Virus record (IMG/VR): IMGVR_UViG_3300030098_007087
Location: 1 to 64,000 of that record
Reading direction: 5' to 3' (one strand)
Source of the DNA: a virus
Length of the DNA stretch: 64,000 nt
Part shown: in pieces, positions 26,901-35,751 of the stretch
How positions within the stretch are numbered: position 1 is the stretch's first letter
Layout of the letters: each line of letters opens with the position of its first letter
The notes under the pieces: generated by a model
Databases searched by the model: none
What the model saw: only the letters and a program-made list of their open reading frames with translations
What the model was told of the DNA's origin: nothing
Position numbers and translations under genes: made by a program

Positions 26901-27040
26901 CAAATGCTGTTCACACAGCAACAAACGGAGTGCAAGGGGTTGACTATTCAAGACTTACTTCTGTTCTCGTGGAGGCTGTAAAGGCTCAACAAGTTCAAAT
27001 CGAAGACTTGAAGAAAACTATTACGAACCTTAAGAAGTAA
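23981..27040 (+). CDS. tail fibre protein with internal repeats and C-terminal intramolecular chaperone (peptidase S74)
   Basis: YSDESLK...FGFIAQNVEKVIPNAV...VDYSRL...EAVK and terminal coiled coil; five DLG-x4-E[WF]KDLYIDG repeats. Confidence 0.92.
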   Translation: MANFSVSDYGKYVSLQNVSGSGDPSDAPNGGIYLFASGSGGSAKLYLQNEGVSSPFDIAGGGTLTVKGDSGSDQTVNLDSEDVTFSGGQGLTTVMTDDTVTINLDIDGMTSATTAVVDADLLIIDDGANGTNQKITRGNLLGSALAAFSNGLTSTTMSGSSTLAVGGVATFGANVLPLADGGVDLGSSSKEWKDLYIDGVAYVDELQADQLGAALDANNQAITNVDINSGAMDGVVIGAASQAAGSFTTVSGSSTLAVGGVATFGANVLPLADGGMDLGSSSAEWKDLYIDGVAYIDDLRADALGAALNCASQAMTNVNIDSGAIDGAVIGANDQAAAEFTTVSGSGNFSVGGTLTSAGNVLPLADGAVDLGSSLKEFKDLYIDGVAYVDELQADQLGAALDANDQAITNVNIDSGAIDGVNIGSNSAVTFLTASNALITNLDVVTINSVSQTETTLEVSDKLIVAALSASSANASDGGLKIGGGASSDGHASILWDHANGALDFNVAGSTVVRVSGSVFRPENDNEVDLGASGAEFKDLYIDGVAYIDSLQADQLGAALDANNQAITNVDINSGAIDGTTIGAASQAAGQFTTVSGSGAATFASTVTAQGNVLPLNDNGADLGSSSKEWKDLYIDGVAYVDELQADALGAALNCASQAMTNVNIDSGAIDGVNIGSNSAVTFLTASSALITTLQIANRALPDAAGGANIGSTSLPFGDFFIADDKKIKFGNDQDASIEYDADGTSELRFAGAAVTFEQNVSFDEDVTLGLSNADVINVAGMFTASSGLLVTGNPLYVASRAIADDGALAITFDGSGNTAIQNNITGPAGYASGDFAISSGTGSFAGNLVVGLSSNNHGGDATFHGDATGEKAFYSSENNIFQVTGSSTGLQVSIGGDATSEYAVDVVNGSNNNNKIRAAAFVTYSDESLKSDVQVMNSALDTVMSLEGVEFTWNDSGQRDFGFIAQNVEKVIPNAVHTATNGVQGVDYSRLTSVLVEAVKAQQVQIEDLKKTITNLKK
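24497..26050 (+). repeat. ~279-nt intragenic repeats (5 copies) in tail fibre gene
   Basis: Repeated NVLPLADG.DLGSS.KE[WF]KDLYIDGVAY.D.LQAD.LGAAL...SGAIDG units. Confidence 0.85.
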
Positions 27041-27062
27041 TAAAAAATAAATTTACGAAACC

Positions 27063-27089
27063 GAGAGGGGGGATTCGTCCCCCCTCTTT
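27063..27089 (+). terminator. Rho-independent terminator
   Basis: AGAGGGGGGA-TTCG-TCCCCCCTCT followed by T/A-rich sequence. Confidence 0.75.
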
Positions 27090-27100
27090 ATATTTAATAT

Positions 27101-27367
27101 ATGAACAACTCCACAAAAGAACATAATAAGAAAGTTATATTAACCTACCTAAAACAAAGCGGCGCTTTCCACACTATTGGCAATACCTGTCATGCACAAA
27201 AAGCTTTTATAATAAACAGTGTTCTGAAATGGGTATTAGAAAAAGTAGATTCTGGCGAGTATAGCTATAATGATGTCACATTTTATTTGGAATCCATGAA
27301 TGATTTTTTAGATGGAAATCTTAGAATATACTGGTCAGATGACGGAAGTTTAGTTATTGGCGCATAA
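27101..27367 (+). CDS. hypothetical protein
   Basis: 88-aa ORF directly after a TATTTA motif. Confidence 0.6.
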   Translation: MNNSTKEHNKKVILTYLKQSGAFHTIGNTCHAQKAFIINSVLKWVLEKVDSGEYSYNDVTFYLESMNDFLDGNLRIYWSDDGSLVIGA

Positions 27368-27375
27368 AAAAGTAG

Positions 27376-27404
27376 TTGACATGTGTTATAATATAGCCTA
27401 TTAT
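27376..27404 (+). promoter_or_regulatory. sigma70-type promoter of tRNA-Leu/MTase
   Basis: TTGACA-N17-TATTAT. Confidence 0.7.
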
Positions 27405-27419
27405 CTATGTGCCCTTTTT

Positions 27420-27502
27420 GTCGGGGTGGTGGAATAGGTAGACACGACAGACTTAAAATCTGTTGCTCTTTGAGCGTGGGGGTTCAAGTCCCCCTCCCGA
27501 TA
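27420..27502 (+). tRNA. tRNA-Leu(TAA)
   Basis: ACAGA-CTTAAAA-TCTGT arm, long variable arm, GGGGGTTCAAGTCCCCC T-arm; no encoded CCA. Confidence 0.93.
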
Positions 27503-27524
27503 CTAACTTTAGCAAAAGGAAGAA

Positions 27525-28511
27525 ATGATAAATCCCGGTAAAAAAGATTTTCACATTGAAGATGAAGAAGTAAAAGAATTAGAAGATTATCTAAGCACTT
27601 TACAAGGCATGAAATATGAAATGAAAGACTGCTTGGAGTTTCTGAAGTCGTTGCCTGATGAGTCTGTAGATTTAGCTATTTTAGACCCTCCCTATTTTGA
27701 GATCATAAAAGATGACTGGGATAATCAATGGAAAACTGAGCAAGAATATCTTGATTGGTGCATGGAATGGACTAAAGAGTCATTTCGTGTGCTAAAGCCC
27801 GGACGTTGCCTTTATGTTTGGGGAACCACCAAACATGATACATTTCTTCGCTACAAATTGGATGTGCTGAACAACATCCAAGGCGCACATTACCAAAACT
27901 GGATCATTTGGCATTATGATTGGGGTGGGAGAACAAAGAAGAACTTTGCTCGAAAGCACGAAGACCTTATTATGTATTCAAAAGGCAAAGATTTTCTTTT
28001 CAATGCAGATGATGTTTTGGAAGAACGCGCAGTCAAAACCAATATGGCACTCCAGCGAAAAATGAAATTGCTGAAAAATAAAATAGAAATGCCTTATGAA
28101 GTTCAAACTGAAAAAGACATGAAATCTTGGAATACATATAGATTTGACAAACTGAAATCTGATGAATGGAGAGCAAAGCTTGAGGAATTGCAAGCAAAGA
28201 ACATCAAATTTGAGAAAGGCAAAATACCAACTGATGTTTGGAAAAAGAACAACCATACAACAAGTAAAGAATATGCAGGTTGGCACCCCACACAGAAACC
28301 AGTTTCTCTTTTGGAACGTGTTATTAAGGCAAATTCCAATGAGGGTGACGTTGTTCTTGATGTTTTTAATGGGTCAGGATCTACAACAATTGCATGCATG
28401 AAAACAAATAGAACTTTTTTCGGATGTGAGAGAGATAGATCATATTTTTACCCCTCTTTACAAAGAATGAAAGATATGCAAAAATACTACGAGGAGTTAG
28501 AAAATGTTTGA
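27525..28511 (+). CDS. site-specific DNA methyltransferase (N6-A/N4-C, beta class)
   Basis: DPPY...HPTQKP...VLDVFNGSGST motif order. Confidence 0.92.
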   Translation: MINPGKKDFHIEDEEVKELEDYLSTLQGMKYEMKDCLEFLKSLPDESVDLAILDPPYFEIIKDDWDNQWKTEQEYLDWCMEWTKESFRVLKPGRCLYVWGTTKHDTFLRYKLDVLNNIQGAHYQNWIIWHYDWGGRTKKNFARKHEDLIMYSKGKDFLFNADDVLEERAVKTNMALQRKMKLLKNKIEMPYEVQTEKDMKSWNTYRFDKLKSDEWRAKLEELQAKNIKFEKGKIPTDVWKKNNHTTSKEYAGWHPTQKPVSLLERVIKANSNEGDVVLDVFNGSGSTTIACMKTNRTFFGCERDRSYFYPSLQRMKDMQKYYEELENV

Positions 28512-28938
28512 TATAGTAGTTTTGAGTGGAGGATTTGATCCGATCCACATCGGGCATGCCCGAATGATCATTGCAGCTTCTAAGCTAGGAGCAGAAGTTG
28601 TTGTAGGGGTCAATTCTGATAATTGGTTGGAAAGAAAAAAAGGATATGCCTTTATGCCATGGTCTGAAAGGGCTGAGATGGTTGAATCAATCAAAGGCGT
28701 GACAAAAGCAGTTCCTTTTGATGATTCTGATAATTCAGCTTGCGATCTACTTAGAAAAGTTAGGGAAGAAAATCCAACTGCCAGTATTGCTTTTGCTAAT
28801 GGTGGTGATAGAAACACTAATAATATTCCCGAAAACGATGTTGCAAAACAACTTGGAATTTCGCTAGTTTGGAGTGTTGGTGGGGGAAAAATTCAAAGTT
28901 CTAGCGATTTAGTCGAAAAAATTAAAGGAAAGGAGTAA
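28504..28938 (+). CDS. cytidylyltransferase-like (TagD/RfaE-II family)
   Basis: SGGFDPIHIGH, NSDNWL, FANGGDR, KIQSSS. Confidence 0.88.
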   Translation: MFDIVVLSGGFDPIHIGHARMIIAASKLGAEVVVGVNSDNWLERKKGYAFMPWSERAEMVESIKGVTKAVPFDDSDNSACDLLRKVREENPTASIAFANGGDRNTNNIPENDVAKQLGISLVWSVGGGKIQSSSDLVEKIKGKE

Positions 28939-28940
28939 AC

Positions 28941-29246
28941 ATGAAAGTTACATTTGACGACACGGTACATGATATTGAAAAAAATGAGGAATTGACAAAA
29001 GAAATCGAAACAAATTCAGAACTAAAAGATATAATTGTCAGTTATGTCGGTACAAAAAAACAACCAGAAAATGATGAGGTCACACTTCAACTAGTGCTAG
29101 ACACTTTTAGTGAAGAATTTCCAGAATTTGTTTTACCTTTAGCAGAAGAAAATTTTATCAGAGGTTATAATCAAGCTTTGTTTGATATTGATGAGGGTAA
29201 TAAAGCCATGCAGGAAATAGAAAATCAAACAAATGACCAAGATTAA
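28941..29246 (+). CDS. hypothetical protein
   Basis: AAGGAG RBS; 101 aa. Confidence 0.7.
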   Translation: MKVTFDDTVHDIEKNEELTKEIETNSELKDIIVSYVGTKKQPENDEVTLQLVLDTFSEEFPEFVLPLAEENFIRGYNQALFDIDEGNKAMQEIENQTNDQD

Positions 29247-29916
29247 AGAATATCTAAAAAATAAAAAAACTATTCATGAGGAGCAAAATATCTTTTTGCA
29301 CGGTTCTGTTCCTGTTTACGTCAAAGATAAATTGCTAAACGATGGAATAAGCTTATCAAGTGTCATCGCTAAGGTTAGTCAAATTGTACCACAATTTTTC
29401 GTGCATGGCTTGGATTCTATCTATGTTGGAGACTTTCAACAATTTAGAGAAAGGGGTATAAATGCCTTTTACGATGATGGATCACTTTACATTTCCAATG
29501 TTCAAGATGATGAAGATGATATGATTGATGATATTGTTCATGAGATTGCTCATCATGTTGAAGAAAATCATGGGATGGACATTTATGGAGATGGGCGTCT
29601 TGAACGAGAGTTTTTAGGCAAGAGAAAAAAACTTTATTTTTTATTGGATGCCGAGGGATATGATGTCCGAATGACAGACTTCCTAAACGCAGATTTTTCT
29701 AGAGAGTTTGATGAATTTTTATCTCAAGATGTTGGTTATGTAAACTTAAGAGGTGTCACCCAAGGTCTTTTCTATTCTCCCTACGCTGCCACCTCCCTTC
29801 GAGAGTATTTCGCAAATGGTTTCGAGAACTTTCACATAAAAAAAGATTATAATTACTTGCAAATCATGTCCCCTGTGTTGTATAATAAGATAGAAAACTT
29901 ATTAGACAAGGCATAA
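29233..29916 (+). CDS. zincin-like metallopeptidase
   Basis: HEIAHH and downstream YA..S..EYFA. Confidence 0.75.
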   Translation: MTKIKEYLKNKKTIHEEQNIFLHGSVPVYVKDKLLNDGISLSSVIAKVSQIVPQFFVHGLDSIYVGDFQQFRERGINAFYDDGSLYISNVQDDEDDMIDDIVHEIAHHVEENHGMDIYGDGRLEREFLGKRKKLYFLLDAEGYDVRMTDFLNADFSREFDEFLSQDVGYVNLRGVTQGLFYSPYAATSLREYFANGFENFHIKKDYNYLQIMSPVLYNKIENLLDKA

Positions 29917-29917
29917 A

Positions 29918-30694
29918 ATGACACACATTTCGTATTCTGAGTTGAAAAACTGGTGGACATGCCCCCACAAGCATAAGCTAACTTATATAGATAAAATTGA
30001 TGGCTTTCAAGGGAATCAATACACTGCCTTTGGGACTGCGCTCCATGACGTGTGCGAAAGTATGCTTTTAGATCCAAAAGTCGAGAGCGAAGCTGTAAAG
30101 CTTTTTGAATCAAATTTCTTTGATCAGATCAAGTCCCTAAAAGAAAAAGACATCTCATTCGATAAAGAAATGACTAGGGATATGTATACTCAAGGAAAAG
30201 ACATTATCCCAGAGATAATGCCAGCAGTTGAAGACTATTTTGAAGAATATGAAGTTTTTTCAACCGAAGAAAAGATATATGAAGATATTGAGGATGTTGA
30301 GGGCGATTATAAGTTCAAAGGCTATATTGATCTCGTAATCAAAACTAGTGATAACAAGTACCATATCATTGATTGGAAAACTTGCTCATGGGGTTGGAAT
30401 GCCAAGAAGCGAGCAGATCCTCAAATTACTTATCAATTGACATTCTACAAACACTTTTTTGCCAAAAAACATGGCATTGACCCTAATATGATTGAGACTC
30501 ATTTTGCTTTACTAAAAAGAACTGCGAAAAAAAATAGAGTTGAGATATTTAGAATCACGAGTGGTAATATAAAAACCAAGAATGCCCTTAACATATTGCA
30601 CAAGGCAATACATAATATTGGCAGAAAGGTTTTTATAAAAAACCGCTTATCCTGTAAATACTGTGAGTTTTATGGGACAAAACATTGTACATGA
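29918..30694 (+). CDS. PD-(D/E)XK nuclease, Cas4/AddB-like
   Basis: ISYS..CP, GTALH, GYIDL, IIDWKT, QL..Y, C-terminal CKYC...C. Confidence 0.88.
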   Translation: MTHISYSELKNWWTCPHKHKLTYIDKIDGFQGNQYTAFGTALHDVCESMLLDPKVESEAVKLFESNFFDQIKSLKEKDISFDKEMTRDMYTQGKDIIPEIMPAVEDYFEEYEVFSTEEKIYEDIEDVEGDYKFKGYIDLVIKTSDNKYHIIDWKTCSWGWNAKKRADPQITYQLTFYKHFFAKKHGIDPNMIETHFALLKRTAKKNRVEIFRITSGNIKTKNALNILHKAIHNIGRKVFIKNRLSCKYCEFYGTKHCT

Positions 30695-30701
30695 GGTAAA
30701 C

Positions 30702-31970
30702 GTGAGCGATAAAAAAACGATCCTAGTCCTTAGTGATCACCCCTTAAGTCCTTCGGGCGTCGGAATTCAAACAAAATATATGATAGAAGCAATGCTAAAA
30801 ACAGGAAAGTATAGATTTTTCTGTCTTGGAGGTGCAATCAAACATGAGGATTATCGTCTTGTAAAGACGGAACAATGGGGAGATGATTGGATAATTCAAC
30901 CTATTGACGGCTATGGGACTCCCGATATGATCAGGTCGATCATTAGGAATGAAAAGCCGTGCATGTTATGGTTTATGACAGACCCTAGATTTTGGGGATG
31001 GCTGTGGCAGATGGAGGATGAGATTAGACCTTTGGTGCCAATGATTTATTATCATGTTTGGGATAACTTCCCAGCACCAATCTATAATAAGCCATGGTAT
31101 GAGTCAACTGATTCCATCGCTTGCATATCAAAAGTTACGGAACAAGTCGTCAATGAGGTTGTGCCAGACCACAAAGATGTTTGTTATTTACCACACACAG
31201 TAGATACAAATATTTTTCAAAAGCTAGATGATAAAGAGATACAAGAGCGTAAAGAAAATGGGTTCTCTGCTCTAGACAACGTGAAAGATAGAGTTGTTTT
31301 CTTTTGGAATAATAGAAACGCTAGGCGTAAGCAAAGCGGGTCGCTAATATATTGGTTCAAAGCATTTTTAGATGAAGTGGGGCATGATAAGGCAACATTA
31401 TTGATGCATACAGATCCTAAAGATGTCCATGGACAAGATCTTGAATACATCATTCACCATTTAGGATTGGATGATGGGCAAGTATTTCTTTCAAGACAAA
31501 AAATTGGACCAGAGGAATTAGCTATAATGTATAACATCTCTGACTGTACAATTAGTGTGTCAGATGCAGAAGGTTTTGGTCTTGCAACTTTAGAGTCTCT
31601 TGCATGTGAAACGCCCATTGTGGTCACTATGACAGGTGGACTTCAAGAGCAGGTAACTGATGGAGAAAATTGGTTTGGAATTGGATTAGAGCCAACCTCA
31701 AAAGCAATTATTGGATCACAAGAAATCCCGTTCATTTATGAAGATAGGCTATCACAAGAGGTCGTGGTAGATGCCCTAAAGAAAATTTACAATATGTCAA
31801 AGCAAGACAGGGCAAAGCTGGGCAAAGCCGGAAGAGATCACGTATTAAAAAACTACAGCCCAGAAAAATACGCCAAAGAATGGGAAGAGACTTTAGATAG
31901 AGTTATTGAAAAGCACGGCTCTTGGGATACGAGAAAAGGCTACAAAGCATGGGAGTTGATCGAGGTATAA
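30702..31970 (+). CDS. glycosyltransferase, GT-B (GT4-like)
   Basis: NRNARRK, EGFGLATLESLAC; GTG start after GAGGT. Confidence 0.9.
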   Translation: MSDKKTILVLSDHPLSPSGVGIQTKYMIEAMLKTGKYRFFCLGGAIKHEDYRLVKTEQWGDDWIIQPIDGYGTPDMIRSIIRNEKPCMLWFMTDPRFWGWLWQMEDEIRPLVPMIYYHVWDNFPAPIYNKPWYESTDSIACISKVTEQVVNEVVPDHKDVCYLPHTVDTNIFQKLDDKEIQERKENGFSALDNVKDRVVFFWNNRNARRKQSGSLIYWFKAFLDEVGHDKATLLMHTDPKDVHGQDLEYIIHHLGLDDGQVFLSRQKIGPEELAIMYNISDCTISVSDAEGFGLATLESLACETPIVVTMTGGLQEQVTDGENWFGIGLEPTSKAIIGSQEIPFIYEDRLSQEVVVDALKKIYNMSKQDRAKLGKAGRDHVLKNYSPEKYAKEWEETLDRVIEKHGSWDTRKGYKAWELIEV

Positions 31971-31971
31971 A

Positions 31972-33243
31972 ATGAAAAAAAAGATTTTAGTGAAAGGACC
32001 AATATTGTCTAGAAGTGGATACGGAGAGCAAACAAGGTTTGCGATAAGATCTCTCCGAAGTTATGAAAAATATCTTGATATTTTTATTATTCCTACTTCG
32101 TGGGGAAAAACTGGCTGGGTGTGGGAAGAGAGCGAAGAGAGAGAGTGGATAGATGAGAGGATCAAACAAACTGCGTTTTATATCAATCAAGGAGGCAGCT
32201 TTGACATCTCCTTACAAGTTACAATTCCAAACGAGTGGGAAAAGCTAGCTCCTATAAACATCGGATACACTGCTGGAATTGAAACAACAAAGGTAGCACC
32301 TCATTGGATTGAAAAGTCTTACTTGATGGATAAAATCATCGTGGTATCTAATCACGCAAAAGAGGTTTATGAAAACACCAGCTATACCGCCCATGATAAA
32401 AGCACCGGAAAAGTTGTCAATGATTTCAAATGCCAAACACCAATCGAAGTTGTAAACTATCCAGTTCGAGAACTAGGCAGTCCTGATGGCTTAGACATCG
32501 AATTAGAGACAGATTTTAACTTCCTAGTTTCATCTCAATGGGGTCCAAGAAAAAATATAGAGAACACAATTAAGTGGTTTGTTGAAGAATTTCATGATCA
32601 AGAAGTTGGTCTTGTTGCTAAATTGAATTGGCACAATGATTCTCTGAATGATAGAATCGGCACCACAACTAGACTTAAGCGCCTTCTATCCACGTATGAA
32701 GGTAGGAAGTGTAAGGTGTATCTCTTGCATGGATCTTTCAAAGATCAGGAAATGGCTAATCTTTATGTCCACCCAAAAATCAAGGCTTATGTTTCCCTAA
32801 CTCATGGTGAAGGGTACGGATTGCCCCTTTTTGAAGCAGCATATCACGGGTTACCAATTATCGCACCAGATTGGAGTGGACATTTAGACTTTCTCTATAT
32901 GCCAGTAAAAGATAAGAAAACTAAAAAAGAAAAAATGAAATCAATGTTTACAAAGGTTGATTACAAACTTGCTCCAATTCCACAAGAAGCTGTTTGGGAC
33001 GGCGTTCTTCAAGAAGATTCTATGTGGTGCTATTCGGACCAAGGTTCTTATAAAATGAAATTGCGAGAGATGAGAAACAAATACACTCACAAAAAGAAGC
33101 AAGCTGAAAAGTTACAACAATGGATTTTAGAAAATTTTGAAGCCTCTAGGATGTATGATAAATTTGCTAATGCTGTTGTTCCATTCAAAGAGTTTGAAGA
33201 AGCTGAAAAAGAAATCGACTCTCTTCTAGAGGGTATTATATGA
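31972..33243 (+). CDS. glycosyltransferase, GT-B (GT4-like)
   Basis: SGYG, RKN, HGEGYGLPLFEA, WSGHLDF. Confidence 0.9.
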   Translation: MKKKILVKGPILSRSGYGEQTRFAIRSLRSYEKYLDIFIIPTSWGKTGWVWEESEEREWIDERIKQTAFYINQGGSFDISLQVTIPNEWEKLAPINIGYTAGIETTKVAPHWIEKSYLMDKIIVVSNHAKEVYENTSYTAHDKSTGKVVNDFKCQTPIEVVNYPVRELGSPDGLDIELETDFNFLVSSQWGPRKNIENTIKWFVEEFHDQEVGLVAKLNWHNDSLNDRIGTTTRLKRLLSTYEGRKCKVYLLHGSFKDQEMANLYVHPKIKAYVSLTHGEGYGLPLFEAAYHGLPIIAPDWSGHLDFLYMPVKDKKTKKEKMKSMFTKVDYKLAPIPQEAVWDGVLQEDSMWCYSDQGSYKMKLREMRNKYTHKKKQAEKLQQWILENFEASRMYDKFANAVVPFKEFEEAEKEIDSLLEGII

Positions 33244-34100
33244 GTAAAAAATATATTTTCATAGCCGATATGTTTTCCAGTGATTATATCGGCGGCGCTG
33301 AATTATCTACTGAAGCTTTGATGCAAAAGGCAATCAACTCTAAACTGCCGGTATTTAAAATCCATTCGCATAAAGTTACTAAAGATTTTTTAGAGGAAAA
33401 TAAAGATTATCATTTTGTAGTTTGCAATTTTTCTAATTTAGGCGACCTAGAAAAAGTGCATATGTGTAAAAACAATTCATATTCAATAGTTGAATATGAT
33501 TATAAGTTTTGTAAATATAGATCTATAGAAAAACACTTTGCAGCAGAAAACAAAGAGTGTGACTGTATCTCTGATAATGCTATGAAATCGAACATTGCAC
33601 TGTACGCATATGCAGAGAAAATTTGGTTTATGAGCGCAAAACAAAGAGAGATTTTTATTGAAAGAATGAAGTTTCTATCTGACAGAGAATCCGAGGTGCT
33701 TAGTTCTATTTTTCACGATGGAGACATTAGATTCATAGAATCTTTATCTCATAATGAAAAAAATAATAAATATATCATTTTAGATTCGGATTCTTGGATC
33801 AAAAACACCAAAAAAACTATTGAATTTGCTAAACAAAACAATATAGATTATGAGTTGGTAAAAAACCTCCCTTACCATGAATTGCTCATTAAATTATCCA
33901 CCTCAAAGGGACTCATATTTTTACCATCAGGCGGTGACACTTGCCCCAGAATAACGATAGAGGCAAGATTGTTAGGTGCTGATGTTATTGTAAATGATAA
34001 TGTTCAACATGCAAAAGAAGATTGGTATCAAACAAGTGAATCATGCTTAGAGTATGTAAAAAATACTTCACAAAGGTTTTGGGATTTTTATGAAAAATAA
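33240..34100 (+). CDS. glycosyltransferase-like (GT-B) protein
   Basis: GGAE N-terminal motif; DTCPRITIEARLLG. Confidence 0.7.
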   Translation: MSKKYIFIADMFSSDYIGGAELSTEALMQKAINSKLPVFKIHSHKVTKDFLEENKDYHFVVCNFSNLGDLEKVHMCKNNSYSIVEYDYKFCKYRSIEKHFAAENKECDCISDNAMKSNIALYAYAEKIWFMSAKQREIFIERMKFLSDRESEVLSSIFHDGDIRFIESLSHNEKNNKYIILDSDSWIKNTKKTIEFAKQNNIDYELVKNLPYHELLIKLSTSKGLIFLPSGGDTCPRITIEARLLGADVIVNDNVQHAKEDWYQTSESCLEYVKNTSQRFWDFYEK

Positions 34101-34788
34101 AACAATAGTTGTTATGGGAAATGGTCCATCTCTAAAAGATGTTGATTTTAACATGCTGGACGGTTTTGACACCTTTGGACTCAATTCGGCTTACCGCGCT
34201 TATGAGAGAATGAATTGGTGGCCGACTTATCACGGGTGTTTTGATTATCGCGTAACAGATAACCATAAAGAAAGTTTTCAAAACTTAATAAACAATAGTC
34301 CAATAAAAAAATGTTTTTATATAAGAGATTATTTTGGTCCACATGAAAAGTTTCAACACATAAATTTACAAGAATTTGGATCTACAAATAAAATAAATCA
34401 AAGCCCCCAAGATTTTCCATTGTTTCACGATAATGGAAACTCTGGAGCCAATGCAAGCTCTGTGTCAATTTGTATGGGGTATAATAAAATTATCTTACTT
34501 GGGGTTGATTGCAACTATGTTGAATTTATTGATGGTTGCGAAAAAGACGGGGTAGGGCTGAAAATAAAAGAAACACCAAAAGAAAACCCGAATTATTGGT
34601 TTGATGATTATCAACAAGCTGGCGACGAATACAATGTTCCAAGAGGGTTGGATTTTCACTTGCCAACTTGGAACATGTTCGCTTATCGCGCAGCTTATGC
34701 CGGAATAGAGGTTGTAAATTGCAGTCCAGTCACAACTCTCAGATGTTTCAGGAGGCAGGACCTAAAAGAGGCGTTGAATATCTCATGA
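34090..34788 (+). CDS. DUF115/Maf- or GT42-like putative ulosonic acid transferase
   Basis: VMGNGPSL, FGLN, NSG, MGYNKIILLGVD. Confidence 0.75.
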   Translation: MKNKTIVVMGNGPSLKDVDFNMLDGFDTFGLNSAYRAYERMNWWPTYHGCFDYRVTDNHKESFQNLINNSPIKKCFYIRDYFGPHEKFQHINLQEFGSTNKINQSPQDFPLFHDNGNSGANASSVSICMGYNKIILLGVDCNYVEFIDGCEKDGVGLKIKETPKENPNYWFDDYQQAGDEYNVPRGLDFHLPTWNMFAYRAAYAGIEVVNCSPVTTLRCFRRQDLKEALNIS

Positions 34789-35207
34789 GTGTTATAGAGA
34801 TTTATTCTAAAATTGAAGAAGACAAACTTCTTCATAAGATAGTAAAAAAAAGTTTATTCGATGAAACTTCTAGACTTGATGTTATTGAAGGCGACAATTT
34901 TTTGCAACTCGCTGTATTGAAAATGGATGAGGGAAAGACTTTTATTCCTCATAAACACATTTACAAGGATTTTGATGATCAAATCATCGCCCAAGAGTCT
35001 TGGGTTGTTGTTAGAGGATCAGTAGAAGTCATATACTATGATTTGGACGACACCATCATATACAAAGAGGTGATAAGGGAAGGAGACTGCTCAATAACTC
35101 TTTTTGGCGGTCACAACTATAAAGTTTTGGAGAATGATACTTGCGTCTACGAGTTCAAAACTGGACCTTATTTTGGTCAAAAGCTGGATAAACAATTTAT
35201 AGAGTAA
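34785..35207 (+). CDS. WbuC-like cupin
   Basis: PHKH...QE...GGH...EFKTGPY. Confidence 0.8.
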   Translation: MSVIEIYSKIEEDKLLHKIVKKSLFDETSRLDVIEGDNFLQLAVLKMDEGKTFIPHKHIYKDFDDQIIAQESWVVVRGSVEVIYYDLDDTIIYKEVIREGDCSITLFGGHNYKVLENDTCVYEFKTGPYFGQKLDKQFIE

Positions 35208-35211
35208 TGTT

Positions 35212-35751
35212 ATGAAAATAAATATGGGTTGTGGCTGGAGAGATTTTGGTGCTGAATGGATACACATCGATGGGGGTGATTATCCTCATTTAGATTATAA
35301 AGATGTCAATGACCTGCAACAGATTAACGATGAAACAATCGAACTTATATATGCTTCTCACGTCATAGAATACTTCGACCGCAATGAAGTAATTGATTTA
35401 TTGAAAGAGTGGAAAAGAGTGCTCAAGAAGGGCGGCATACTGAGAGTGGCTGTGCCAAACTTTGAGATAATCGCAGACCTCTATAATAGCGGAGCATATG
35501 AGTTAGATAGTTTCATTGGACCCTTGTATGGCAAAATGGAAATGGATGGTAAAAGCATATTTCACAAAACGGTTTATGACTTTAGATCGATTGAAAAAGT
35601 GCTAAAAAGTGTTGGATTTACAAATATAAAAAAATACGATTGGAGACACACCGAGCACAGCCACCACGATGACCACTCACAGGCATACTTGCCTCATATG
35701 GACAAGGACAATGGAACTTTGATAAGTTTGAACGTGGAGTGTATAAAATGA
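35212..35751 (+). CDS. class I SAM-dependent methyltransferase
   Basis: INMGCG, IYASHVIE, WKRVLKKGGILRVAVP. Confidence 0.88.
   Translation: MKINMGCGWRDFGAEWIHIDGGDYPHLDYKDVNDLQQINDETIELIYASHVIEYFDRNEVIDLLKEWKRVLKKGGILRVAVPNFEIIADLYNSGAYELDSFIGPLYGKMEMDGKSIFHKTVYDFRSIEKVLKSVGFTNIKKYDWRHTEHSHHDDHSQAYLPHMDKDNGTLISLNVECIK

Noticed and set aside
29918-30694. CRISPR-Cas locus
   Set aside because: Only a solo Cas4-like nuclease; no cas1/cas2 and no repeat-spacer array seen in the window
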